From positions 64,001-128,000 of the IMG/VR virus record IMGVR_UViG_3300037088_000797: a DNA stretch of 64,000 nt; one strand, written 5' to 3'. Shown piece by piece: positions 46,441 through 55,932 of this stretch. Source of the DNA: a virus (lineage: Duplodnaviria > Heunggongvirae > Uroviricota > Caudoviricetes). The position numbers were made by a program, and so were the translations under genes. How positions within the stretch are numbered: the first letter of the stretch is position 1; every line of letters begins with the position of its first letter. A model generated the notes under the pieces. It was given only the letters and a program-made list of their open reading frames with translations. It searched no databases and was not told where the DNA came from.

Positions 46441-48645
46441 TTATGGCGCAATTATTGTATCACCACCCCAAATACCACCATTTCTACATTGAACAACCAA
46501 TGTTGCTCCGCTTGTTACAAATCTCCAACTACCATCTGTATTTTTATTACCTAAATATAAATAATTACATGTACCATTTACAATTTCAGTAGTACCACTT
46601 ATTACTACTCTTTTTGTATCAAATTCACCATAAATTAATGAACAATCACTGCAGTTTGCTATATGTAACTTATTTGAACCTTTTTCAAAATATCCTGCTT
46701 GTCGTCCAATTGCAACATTTGTGTTACCAGTAGTACCAGTATAAAGTGCTTGATGACCTATTGCTGTATTATTACAACCAATTATATTGTTATATAATGT
46801 AGCACAACCAATTGCCATATTAGTATTACCACTTATATTATTATACATTGAAGACGGACCGATTGAAGTGTTTTGAGAACCAATAGTATTACAATATAAT
46901 GCAGAAGTACCATATGCAAGATTATAACAACCAGTTGTATTACGATTAAGTGATACAGGACCGACTCCGATGTTATCACCACCAGTTGTGTTATTTCTAA
47001 GTACACCATTACCAACTGCGGTGTTTTCAGGACCACAACTATTATTACCAAGTGCACCATTTCCAATTGCAATATTATTATCTCCACAAATATTACAATA
47101 AAGTGCTTCACAACCCATTACAATATTACTAATACCAATTGTATTATTATACATTGCAAAAAATCCAATTGCAATATTATCATTACCAGTAGTATTATTT
47201 GCAAGTGTTGCATATCCATTGGCTATATTGTGACAACCTGTTGTATTTACACCAAGTGAAAATGCACCAACACCCACATTATTACAACCTATTGTATTTC
47301 CAGCAAGTGTTTGACTTCCAATTGCAAGATTATAATTACCGCTTTTATTTGTATATAATGCACATTCACCTAAAGCAATGTTTTGAGTGCCACCCGTATT
47401 CCAATAAAGTGCTTGATAACCATTTGCAACGTTATTACTACCACACATATCATGATAAAGTGCCTGATAACCAATTGCAACGTTATTACTACCGCCAGAA
47501 TTACTGTAAAGGGTAGCGTAACCAATTCCAACGTTATTATTAGCTCCTGCATTACTATAAAGAGCACAAGCACCATTTGCAATATTACCACATCCACTTG
47601 TATTAAATGCAAGTGCTTGAAAACCATTTGCAATATTATCACAACCAGTTAAATTATTTTGAAGCGCAGAACTTCCATATGCTACGTTACCGCAACCACT
47701 TGTATTACCATTAAGAGCATATGTACCAAATGCAATATTTTCGCAACCAGTTAAATTACTTTGAAGTGTAGCAGTACCAAAACCAATGTTTGTACTTCCA
47801 CTTGTGTTATTTTGAAGTGCATTATATCCAAAAGCTATATTATAACTACCAACTAAATTATTTTGAAGTACATTATATCCAAAAGCTATATTATAACTAC
47901 CACATATATTACTTGATAATACTCGATTACCACTTGCTATATTATGATTACCATTTCTATTTGAAAAAAGTGCACATAATCCATTAGCAATATTGCCAGT
48001 ACCACCAGTATTATTATAAAGTGCACAATTACCATGTGCAATATTATCACTACCAATTGAACCATTTAAAAGTGCTGATTTACCTATAGCAATATTACAA
48101 CTACTTCCAGAACTATTACCAAGTGCATTAGTACCCATTGCAATATTATCAGAACCTATAATGTTTTGATTAAGTGCCAAGAAACCAATTCCAATATTAT
48201 CACAACCAGTTAAATTATTTTGAAGTGCATGGTCGCCAATTCCGATATTAAAACATCCTGTATTATTATTATACATTGTTTGAAAACCGATTGCAATATT
48301 ATCACAACCTGAAGATGACATATTTCTACCAGCACTAACGCCATATAAAGTATTACGTATAAATGTATATCCGCTTGCAACTGTGTCACAACCTGCAACA
48401 GTATTACCACATACTAAATTTGACCAACCAATACCACCACCGCTTGGATTTTCCCATGTACTATTACCTAAAGAATCTGATGTTAAAATTTTTCCCGCAC
48501 CAGCATTTGATAATATTGATAATGTTGCACCACTTCTTATTTCAAAGTCGCCATAAATGCGTGTGCTACCAGATAAATTAAGCGTTTCACCAGAAAACTG
48601 TTCAAATTTATTACTATTTAGATTGGGTTTTGTATCAACTGCCAT
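46441..48645 (-). CDS. beta-solenoid adhesin/tail fibre with 17-aa NIAIGxxALxxNxxG repeats (YadA-head/Hep_Hag-like)
   Basis: About 30 tandem 17-aa repeats; C-terminal NTDGSWRF motif; late motif at 48676-48684. Confidence 0.75.
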   Translation of the reverse strand: MAVDTKPNLNSNKFEQFSGETLNLSGSTRIYGDFEIRSGATLSILSNAGAGKILTSDSLGNSTWENPSGGGIGWSNLVCGNTVAGCDTVASGYTFIRNTLYGVSAGRNMSSSGCDNIAIGFQTMYNNNTGCFNIGIGDHALQNNLTGCDNIGIGFLALNQNIIGSDNIAMGTNALGNSSGSSCNIAIGKSALLNGSIGSDNIAHGNCALYNNTGGTGNIANGLCALFSNRNGNHNIASGNRVLSSNICGSYNIAFGYNVLQNNLVGSYNIAFGYNALQNNTSGSTNIGFGTATLQSNLTGCENIAFGTYALNGNTSGCGNVAYGSSALQNNLTGCDNIANGFQALAFNTSGCGNIANGACALYSNAGANNNVGIGYATLYSNSGGSNNVAIGYQALYHDMCGSNNVANGYQALYWNTGGTQNIALGECALYTNKSGNYNLAIGSQTLAGNTIGCNNVGVGAFSLGVNTTGCHNIANGYATLANNTTGNDNIAIGFFAMYNNTIGISNIVMGCEALYCNICGDNNIAIGNGALGNNSCGPENTAVGNGVLRNNTTGGDNIGVGPVSLNRNTTGCYNLAYGTSALYCNTIGSQNTSIGPSSMYNNISGNTNMAIGCATLYNNIIGCNNTAIGHQALYTGTTGNTNVAIGRQAGYFEKGSNKLHIANCSDCSLIYGEFDTKRVVISGTTEIVNGTCNYLYLGNKNTDGSWRFVTSGATLVVQCRNGGIWGGDTIIAP
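47807..47902. repeat. near-perfect 51-nt-period tandem duplication (one 17-aa solenoid turn)
   Basis: 47807-47851 vs 47858-47902: 45 nt with 1 mismatch. Confidence 0.85.
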
Positions 48646-48714
48646 TTGTTTTTAATTTTAATTTTTGTTATTAATTATAAATACTCAAATTAATATCAAT
48701 ACTTTTCATTTTTA

Positions 48715-51700
48715 TTAATATAATACATTTACTGTACCACCAGCATCCTTATACACTAACTTACCAACATTTGTTGAAAAGTATATGCTATTGTTTGGCA
48801 TTCCTACATCTGCACAACTTGCTGGTTTTATAGCACAGCTTGCTTCAATACAACCACAAATTTTTACATAATTATTATCAAATTCGCCATAAATCAACGA
48901 ACATGCTGCTTTATTAGCAATATGCAATCTGCTTGAATTTGTTTCGCCACTACCTGCAGTATATCCTATTGTAACATTACAACTACCAGCAATATTATTA
49001 TATAGTGTTTGATATCCAAGTGCTGTATTATGAATACCAGTAGTATTTTTTGTCATGCTTTGATAACCTATTGCAATATTCCAAGAACCGCTTGTATTAC
49101 AAATAAGTGAACCTTGTCCCACAGCAATATTGTTACCACCAGTAATTGGAGCATTCGGTCCTTGCATTGTAGCATAACCAATTGCAATATTATAATTACC
49201 AGTAGTATTACACATAAGTGCATTTATACCAATTGCTAAATTAGCAGTACCACTGGTATTATAGCCAAGTGCAACACTACCCATTGCAATGTTATTACCA
49301 CCCGTTGTGCTATTCATAAGTGCTTGAATACCAATACCAATATTAGCAGTACCAGTGGTATTTTTATTCATTGCATAATAACCATTTGCAATATTATATG
49401 AACCTATTGTATTATCATTAAGTGCATTCTGACCCAATGCAACGTTATCATTACCAGTACTATTATTTTTAAGTGCTTGATAACCAACGGCTACGTTATA
49501 ACAACCAGTTTTTGCACCAGCAACTACACTTCCATACATTGCTTGATAACCAAGTACCGCATTACCAGTACCACCACTATTATAATATAATGCACCATAT
49601 CCTACTCCAGTGTTGTAGCATGCAGCACAGTTATTTGAAAGTGAACTACTACCGACAGCAGTATTAAAACATCCAGTAGTTGTAAATACAAGTGAACTTC
49701 CGCCAATGCCAACATTATGACAACCAACAGTATTGTTTTGAAATGCACCATTACCAAGTCCAATATTATCACCACCAGTTGTATTAGAATATAAAGCAAA
49801 GAATCCAAGAGCTATGTTATCAGTACCTGTAGTATTAGCTTGCATTGCACCATATCCAATTGCAATGTCTTGTTGACCAGTTGTATTGGCTTTCATTGCA
49901 TTGTTGCCAAGTGCAACATTGTAAATACCTGTTGTATTTAAACAAAGTGCACCATTGCCAATAGCAAGATTACCAGCACCAGTTGTATTTGTTGTAAGTG
50001 CATTCAATCCAAGTGCCACGTTATCATAACCATTTGTGTTTGATGCAAGTGCACGCTTACCAAGTGCAATATTATTAACACCTGTTGTATTTGATGCAAG
50101 TGTAGAATCTCCTTGGGCAATATTATCACAACCTGTTAAATTATTAAATAATGCATAATAACCAATTGCAATGTTGCAATTACCAGTTGTATTACTCTTA
50201 AGTGCACTGTAACCAAATGCAATATTCCAGCAACCACTTGTATTGCCATAAAGTGCAGCATAACCAAGACCTATGTTATGACAACCACTTGTATTAGTTT
50301 GAAGTGCAGTACTTCCAAGACCAATGTTATTAGTACCAGTTAAATTACTTGAAAGTGCAGAAGTACCCAACGAAATATTATCTGTACCAGTTGTATTGTT
50401 TCTGAGTGAAGTAAAACCAAGTGCAATATTATAACTACCAGTTGTATTTCCCATAAGCGCAGATACTCCAAGAGCAACGTTTTGAGAACCAGTTGTATTA
50501 GTATAAAGTGTCTGACAACCAATTCCAATATTGCAACCACCACTTGTATTTACACGAAGTGAATTTAAACCCATAGCAATATTGTCACTACCACTTATAT
50601 TACTATAAAGTGCATGGCAACCTTGTGCAATATTATCACAACCAGTTGTATTAAATTGAAGTGCGCATGCACCTTGTGCAATATTATTGCAGCCACTTGT
50701 GTTTTGATAAAGTGCTAAATATCCACTTGCGAAATTATAATTACCACTTATGTTTTGACGTAAAGAGTTATAACCAAGTCCGATATTATCATGACCAATT
50801 GTATTTGTTGTTAATGATGTATTTCCAATTGCAACGTTATTATAACCAATTGTGTTATTACTAAGTGCTGAACCACCAATTGCAATATTAGTACCACCTG
50901 TTGTATTAGCATAAAGTGCACCAGTACCAAGTGCAATATTACCACTACCAATTGTATTACTGCAAAGTGCCTGATAACCCATAGATAAATTATTTTTACC
51001 ATCGGTATTTTTTACAAGTGCCTGATAACCAATTGCCGTATTATAACAACCACCAACAGTTTTACAAAGAGCCTCAAAACCAATACCGACATTACCAAGA
51101 CCATTAATAGTAATACTTTTACCTGCACAAACACCTATAAATGTATTACATAAACTTGTAGTACCACTTGCAATTGTTCCACACCCAATTACTGTTGAAC
51201 CATTAGTTAAATTAGACCAACCCATACCACAAATTGTAATGTCATTTGCAGTACAAGAAATACCAATACCACCACCAGCCAATAATGATTTAAATCTTAA
51301 ACCATAATTAGTAGTTGTTGCATATACAGCATAACCACTACCTAAACTCGTTGCGCCAGTAATTGTCCCGCCACCACCAGTACCACCACTTATAACACCA
51401 GTACTTAATCTACCATTTGAATCGATATATATTCCACATGTTTCTACAGTTTTTACAGGTAATCCACACACATAAACTCTGCCATTTGTAAGTGTGCCAG
51501 TACCTGAACGCAATGTTAGATTACCACCAATAGAAGTTAAACCATTTGCATCACCGCCTCTAAGATATAATGAACATGCATTTGCACTTGGAACAGAAGT
51601 ATCATTACCAATAATACAAAAATTATTAGGAGTTATTTTAGAAAGACAATCACCAAAAACACCTAAATAATTACTTGATGCTCCAATGTATGTACCACCA

Positions 51701-52809
51701 TCTCCAAATAAACCTAAAACACCGCTATTTTTAGCACATAACCATAAACCGATATTAGATGTTGTACCTGCAGGTTGAACAAATACATTTGGTTTATCAT
51801 AAGTATTTGAACCTAAATATATGGCATGATAAGGTGTGCCTCTACCCGGGTCTAAATATAAATAACCATCCTGATGACCACTAACATAGCCAAGACATGT
51901 ACCCGGTTTTATAACTAAACTTATTGGTTGTGTTGGGTGATCATGTGCTTTAATTGTTACATTATTAGAATTTGCAGGATTACCAACAACAAGATTATCT
52001 TTTGTTATACATATACAAGTTGTACCGCTATCAAAAATTGAACCATTAATGAGATTATTACCTGCGGTATTAAATTTAGCCACATAATCATTTGTACCAT
52101 TAAGCAAAACACCTTTACTTAAATTACCGCTTCCATCAATATACATTATGTTTGTTTGTGTTGATGTCGGTAAATTCGGTATTTGAATTCTACCAATAGA
52201 AGTACCACTACCACCACTTAATACGATATTTCCACCTGCTGCACTTATTCCGTCACCACCGCTAAGTTTTAATGTTTTACCTACTTGACCAAATGATATT
52301 GCACTACCAGCATGAAGTAATAAATCACAATATGCTGCTGAACACAATGTAAGACCATCGAGTGTTGCACCAATACAAAGACAGTTACCGCTATAAGCTC
52401 CAATATTTACACCGCTTTGTGCAATCAATTCGATTTTTCTGTTCGATTTTGGTTTAATTGTTACTTTGCATCCGTCAGCAATATTGCCACCAAGAAGAAT
52501 ATTATATCTGTCTATACTAAGATTATCAGTAACAGTTGTACCACTATCAAAAATTGAACTAATCGTAATACCAGTAGTCGTACCTTTTAATAAATAATCT
52601 GTAAATCCTGATGGTACAACAAAACCGCCACCACTAATTGTAAGTGTTGTGTCACCAGTGATAATTGATAAGCCACCTGCCACTGAAATGGTCTTAAATT
52701 CTAAAGTGTTACCAGTAACGTTCTTGCATTTAAAAATGCAACTTCCAACACCAAGATTTACTCCTGTCGTGGCATTAGCAAGTAAATCTATGTTTGATCT
52801 ATCTGTCAT
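48715..52809 (-). CDS. large beta-solenoid adhesin/tail fibre, paralogue of 46441..48645
   Basis: About 40 NIAxGxxALxxNTTG repeats; shared HIAN...CSLIYGEFD module; C-terminal NNSIYFS...KLVYKD motif. Confidence 0.75.
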   Translation of the reverse strand: MTDRSNIDLLANATTGVNLGVGSCIFKCKNVTGNTLEFKTISVAGGLSIITGDTTLTISGGGFVVPSGFTDYLLKGTTTGITISSIFDSGTTVTDNLSIDRYNILLGGNIADGCKVTIKPKSNRKIELIAQSGVNIGAYSGNCLCIGATLDGLTLCSAAYCDLLLHAGSAISFGQVGKTLKLSGGDGISAAGGNIVLSGGSGTSIGRIQIPNLPTSTQTNIMYIDGSGNLSKGVLLNGTNDYVAKFNTAGNNLINGSIFDSGTTCICITKDNLVVGNPANSNNVTIKAHDHPTQPISLVIKPGTCLGYVSGHQDGYLYLDPGRGTPYHAIYLGSNTYDKPNVFVQPAGTTSNIGLWLCAKNSGVLGLFGDGGTYIGASSNYLGVFGDCLSKITPNNFCIIGNDTSVPSANACSLYLRGGDANGLTSIGGNLTLRSGTGTLTNGRVYVCGLPVKTVETCGIYIDSNGRLSTGVISGGTGGGGTITGATSLGSGYAVYATTTNYGLRFKSLLAGGGIGISCTANDITICGMGWSNLTNGSTVIGCGTIASGTTSLCNTFIGVCAGKSITINGLGNVGIGFEALCKTVGGCYNTAIGYQALVKNTDGKNNLSMGYQALCSNTIGSGNIALGTGALYANTTGGTNIAIGGSALSNNTIGYNNVAIGNTSLTTNTIGHDNIGLGYNSLRQNISGNYNFASGYLALYQNTSGCNNIAQGACALQFNTTGCDNIAQGCHALYSNISGSDNIAMGLNSLRVNTSGGCNIGIGCQTLYTNTTGSQNVALGVSALMGNTTGSYNIALGFTSLRNNTTGTDNISLGTSALSSNLTGTNNIGLGSTALQTNTSGCHNIGLGYAALYGNTSGCWNIAFGYSALKSNTTGNCNIAIGYYALFNNLTGCDNIAQGDSTLASNTTGVNNIALGKRALASNTNGYDNVALGLNALTTNTTGAGNLAIGNGALCLNTTGIYNVALGNNAMKANTTGQQDIAIGYGAMQANTTGTDNIALGFFALYSNTTGGDNIGLGNGAFQNNTVGCHNVGIGGSSLVFTTTGCFNTAVGSSSLSNNCAACYNTGVGYGALYYNSGGTGNAVLGYQAMYGSVVAGAKTGCYNVAVGYQALKNNSTGNDNVALGQNALNDNTIGSYNIANGYYAMNKNTTGTANIGIGIQALMNSTTGGNNIAMGSVALGYNTSGTANLAIGINALMCNTTGNYNIAIGYATMQGPNAPITGGNNIAVGQGSLICNTSGSWNIAIGYQSMTKNTTGIHNTALGYQTLYNNIAGSCNVTIGYTAGSGETNSSRLHIANKAACSLIYGEFDNNYVKICGCIEASCAIKPASCADVGMPNNSIYFSTNVGKLVYKDAGGTVNVLY

Positions 52810-52833
52810 TTTTCCTGTTTTTTATTTTAAATC

Positions 52834-53991
52834 TTATGTGTTACAAATACAATCTTCTTGATTGCCACTCATGGTTACTGTTAATCCTACGCTACTTAAA
52901 TATGGATGAATGCAGAAACTACTACATGAACCGCTATTACCATCAGAATAATTCTGATAACAAATACTATCACCAGCACCTATATATACTTGTCCACCAC
53001 CAAAACCACAATATCTTGTGTTGTCAGTACACATATAGTTACTTGGGTCTATTGATGAGGTTATATCAGTATAATATGGATTTCCATTTGGTTTGCAGAA
53101 TATACAAACTCTACCACAAGAACCAATATTATTAATGGTTTGATTATAATTTATTGATAAACATACCCATTGACCAGTAGCTAATGGTTGATCAAAACTA
53201 ATAACACCATTGGTTTCAATACCAAAATCATTACATCTATTTAAAGTAATATCAACACTTGTTAATGGTGGTAAAGCAGGAGTTGTGCAACATTTAACTA
53301 CTCCATATCCAGTTTCTTCACAATTTTTTGCATACATTCTGAAATATGTCAACGTATTGTCCTGTAGACCACTTATTGGCTTACTGTATGGTATGCCAAC
53401 ACCAATATTACCCACAGTACAAACTTTACAAGCAGATATTGTTGGATTTGAAGTTACTTGTGAAAACGCTACACCATATTCACATATAGAATAATTGCCA
53501 TCAAATGTTACAATATTATTATCAACATGTAAACAACTTGCAGCTAAACAAGATACAGTTCCAGTTAAACCGCTTGGTGATTTGATGTTGGAATATGTGA
53601 TTGAAACACATCCTCTATTAACCGAACTACCATAAAAACCACTCTGTGTGAAAAAAGCACCGTCATCCCTTTCTAATTCAATTGTTCGTGCGGTACAACA
53701 AAGACGCATTCTGCCTGATGGAGTCCAATCAGGATAAGAAAATGGAAATAAATCTCCACCATTTGAACGTATAAGTGCGTCAAAACTTCTTATTTTGGCT
53801 GTTGGAATATCACTTGGAATTGAAGTTGTATGTCCTCTATTTGGATGTGCCATATCCCAAGCACCTATTGAAATGTATCTTGTTAATTGTGCCTGTTGTA
53901 AATTATTGATGTTTGTCGTGCTACCGCCAGTTGTAGTACCAGTCATCACGGTTGTAAGATTACCTACTAATTTAATATATGATCTGCTCAT
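52834..53991 (-). CDS. tail-associated protein with an FN3-like unit and Cys-rich C-terminal domain
   Basis: ICEYGVAFS...GLQDNTLTYFRMYAKN...GYG FN3-like unit; C-terminal domain resembles the C-terminus of 6605..9475; late motif at 54006-54014. Confidence 0.55.
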   Translation of the reverse strand: MSRSYIKLVGNLTTVMTGTTTGGSTTNINNLQQAQLTRYISIGAWDMAHPNRGHTTSIPSDIPTAKIRSFDALIRSNGGDLFPFSYPDWTPSGRMRLCCTARTIELERDDGAFFTQSGFYGSSVNRGCVSITYSNIKSPSGLTGTVSCLAASCLHVDNNIVTFDGNYSICEYGVAFSQVTSNPTISACKVCTVGNIGVGIPYSKPISGLQDNTLTYFRMYAKNCEETGYGVVKCCTTPALPPLTSVDITLNRCNDFGIETNGVISFDQPLATGQWVCLSINYNQTINNIGSCGRVCIFCKPNGNPYYTDITSSIDPSNYMCTDNTRYCGFGGGQVYIGAGDSICYQNYSDGNSGSCSSFCIHPYLSSVGLTVTMSGNQEDCICNT

Positions 53992-54100
53992 TTTATTATT
54001 TTTACTATAAATACTAATTTTAGTACAAATACTGAATTCTATTCAATATTCTTATTTATAAATACTTTTAAAACAGTACTTGACAATAGATAATGAAAAT

Positions 54101-54130
54101 AAAAAAACCCACTAAAAATTCAGTGGGTTT
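54101..54130 (-). terminator. intrinsic terminator
   Basis: Stem aaacccact/agtgggttt with U7 on the minus strand. Confidence 0.65.
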
Positions 54131-54151
54131 AAAACAAATAAAATATGGCTA

Positions 54152-55063
54152 TTATTTTTGTTTATTTACTGCTTCAATAATTTTATTAATATCAAATACA
54201 TTAACAGTATCATACGGAAATTGTTGTATCTGTCCGCTTATATCAAATTGTTCAAGATAACTAAATTTATTAAGTTCACGAACATAATTTGCATTTGGTA
54301 AAACATTAATGTGTTCTGGATAACCAAATACTTCTGGTTTATTTCCAATCCAAACAACCGTACTCTGTAAATCAAGTGCTGCAGCTACATGTTGTGCGAA
54401 ACTATCAATGAATAATCTTTTTGTACTCAAAGGAAAACAAGCATATAATTCTCTGTAAGGAAGTGTCAAAGGTTCTACACCTTGTAAAATTGGTTGCTCT
54501 GGTGACTTAACATGAAGAATTCTGTAAGATTTACCGAAATAATTCACAAGTTTCTGCGCAATTTCAATTGGTATATCCCTGTACCATGATTTTTTGCTGT
54601 ATTGCCCCGTAGGAGAGCCACCATGCGTTTGTAATAGCATGATTGGTCTGTTATCTGGTTTTATTTTATCCTTCGCTATTTCGAGTTCTCTGGGGTTTAA
54701 ATAGATTTTTGGTTTATATCCATCCCAAGGAATACCATACATGTCACACCAAGACTGTGTAAGATGTTTGCGTTGTAATATATGATCTTCGCTAAAATAA
54801 ACCTCTTGACGAAAAATTTTGGTGTCAGCATTAACATAGTCATCAAAAAAATATTGCATCTGTCCAAAGGTATAAAAACGCCATACATCAGGATTGTAAA
54901 AGAACGGTCCGTCCCAAGCCGTAACAACTATTAATTTTCTGTCTGGATATGCTTTCTTTATTGCTCTGCAAACTGCTGTTGCACAAACCTGCTTCCCATG
55001 TCCCCCCTCTGAATGAAATATACAGAACTTATCACCTTGTTTAATTGAACCATCATTTTTCAT
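54152..55063 (-). CDS. GT9-like (heptosyltransferase-like) GT-B glycosyltransferase
   Basis: IFHSEGGHGKQVCATAVCRAIKKAYPDRKLIVVT; ILLQTHGG...RD.P..IAQ.LV; FIDSFAQHVAAALD..S.VVW...PEVFGY..H.N. Confidence 0.65.
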   Translation of the reverse strand: MKNDGSIKQGDKFCIFHSEGGHGKQVCATAVCRAIKKAYPDRKLIVVTAWDGPFFYNPDVWRFYTFGQMQYFFDDYVNADTKIFRQEVYFSEDHILQRKHLTQSWCDMYGIPWDGYKPKIYLNPRELEIAKDKIKPDNRPIMLLQTHGGSPTGQYSKKSWYRDIPIEIAQKLVNYFGKSYRILHVKSPEQPILQGVEPLTLPYRELYACFPLSTKRLFIDSFAQHVAAALDLQSTVVWIGNKPEVFGYPEHINVLPNANYVRELNKFSYLEQFDISGQIQQFPYDTVNVFDINKIIEAVNKQK

Positions 55064-55084
55064 AATACGAATTTATTTAATTTT

Positions 55085-55789
55085 TTAATTATTTTTATAT
55101 TCCCACCTATAATCGTTTGTTTGTGAATAGGTTGGTATTCTTAAACACTTATTTATTAATTTTGAACTTATGCCAGTTATCTTTTCTGCTTCACCCTGAC
55201 CACAAAATTCAGCAACGATTTCACCATTCAATGTTCTTTGAATAATTGGAATGTTCCTTTTTGCTGCTTTTCTAAATACTATGTTTTCTTTTTCTTGTGG
55301 AGTTGTAAACCAATAACAATTAGCCGAACTCTTATTTATTTTTTGATTTAAAGCCAGAGATATTTTAGAAATACTAACATGAACATCATTACTGGCTTCT
55401 GTCATTGACAAATATTTTATTTTAAAATCACCATTTTCATCGTAACAATATAATTCAATTGTTGGATAAACATATGAACTTTCTGCTTCTCCACCGTCAG
55501 TAACATTTAATAATCTATTTGATTTTCGTAACTGTGCAATATATTTTCTTTCGGCATCTTTCCAAGTACTTTCATTACATTCTTCAAGTTTAATATAAAC
55601 TGGTTTTTGATCATCCAATTTCATTTTACGAATCCATTTATGAATTGGTGCAATTCCTGTTTTACTGTCTTCAATATGCTTCGATAATCTACGATTAATT
55701 TCATTCTTTGTTTTTCCAACATATCGAACATTTTTAATAGTTAATTCATTTCTGGGGTCAATTAATCCGTAAATGTAAACAACAGCCAT
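55085..55789 (-). CDS. GIY-YIG homing endonuclease with NUMOD1 DNA-binding repeats
   Basis: VYIYGLIDPR...RYVGKT...RL..H; LLNVTDGG; two Q...G.....F.S..EA.......I NUMOD1-like units; late motif at 55812-55820. Confidence 0.8.
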   Translation of the reverse strand: MAVVYIYGLIDPRNELTIKNVRYVGKTKNEINRRLSKHIEDSKTGIAPIHKWIRKMKLDDQKPVYIKLEECNESTWKDAERKYIAQLRKSNRLLNVTDGGEAESSYVYPTIELYCYDENGDFKIKYLSMTEASNDVHVSISKISLALNQKINKSSANCYWFTTPQEKENIVFRKAAKRNIPIIQRTLNGEIVAEFCGQGEAEKITGISSKLINKCLRIPTYSQTNDYRWEYKNN

Positions 55790-55852
55790 ATTATAATTTT
55801 TTATACTTTTTTATAAATACGAAGATAAACACGAAAATCTCGATTTACAAGA

Positions 55853-55920
55853 AAGAAAAATGGGAAATTTTTAGTTTCCCATTTTTCTTCGTATCGAGGT
55901 CCGCACACAGGTGCGGACCT
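55853..55920 (-). terminator. two adjacent hairpins, probable terminator(s)
   Basis: 15-bp A/T-rich stem at 55853-55889 and a perfect 10-bp GC-rich stem aggtccgcac/gtgcggacct at 55897-55920. Confidence 0.6.
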
Positions 55921-55932
55921 TATATCTATTCG

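Noticed and set aside
46441-52809. CRISPR array or non-coding repeat array
   Set aside because: The periodicity is 51 nt, in frame, and explained by 17-aa protein repeats. There is no constant repeat with unique spacers.
54080-54105. Plus-strand sigma70 promoter (TTGACA at 54080)
   Set aside because: No matching -10 at 16-18 nt spacing and no plus-strand gene downstream.
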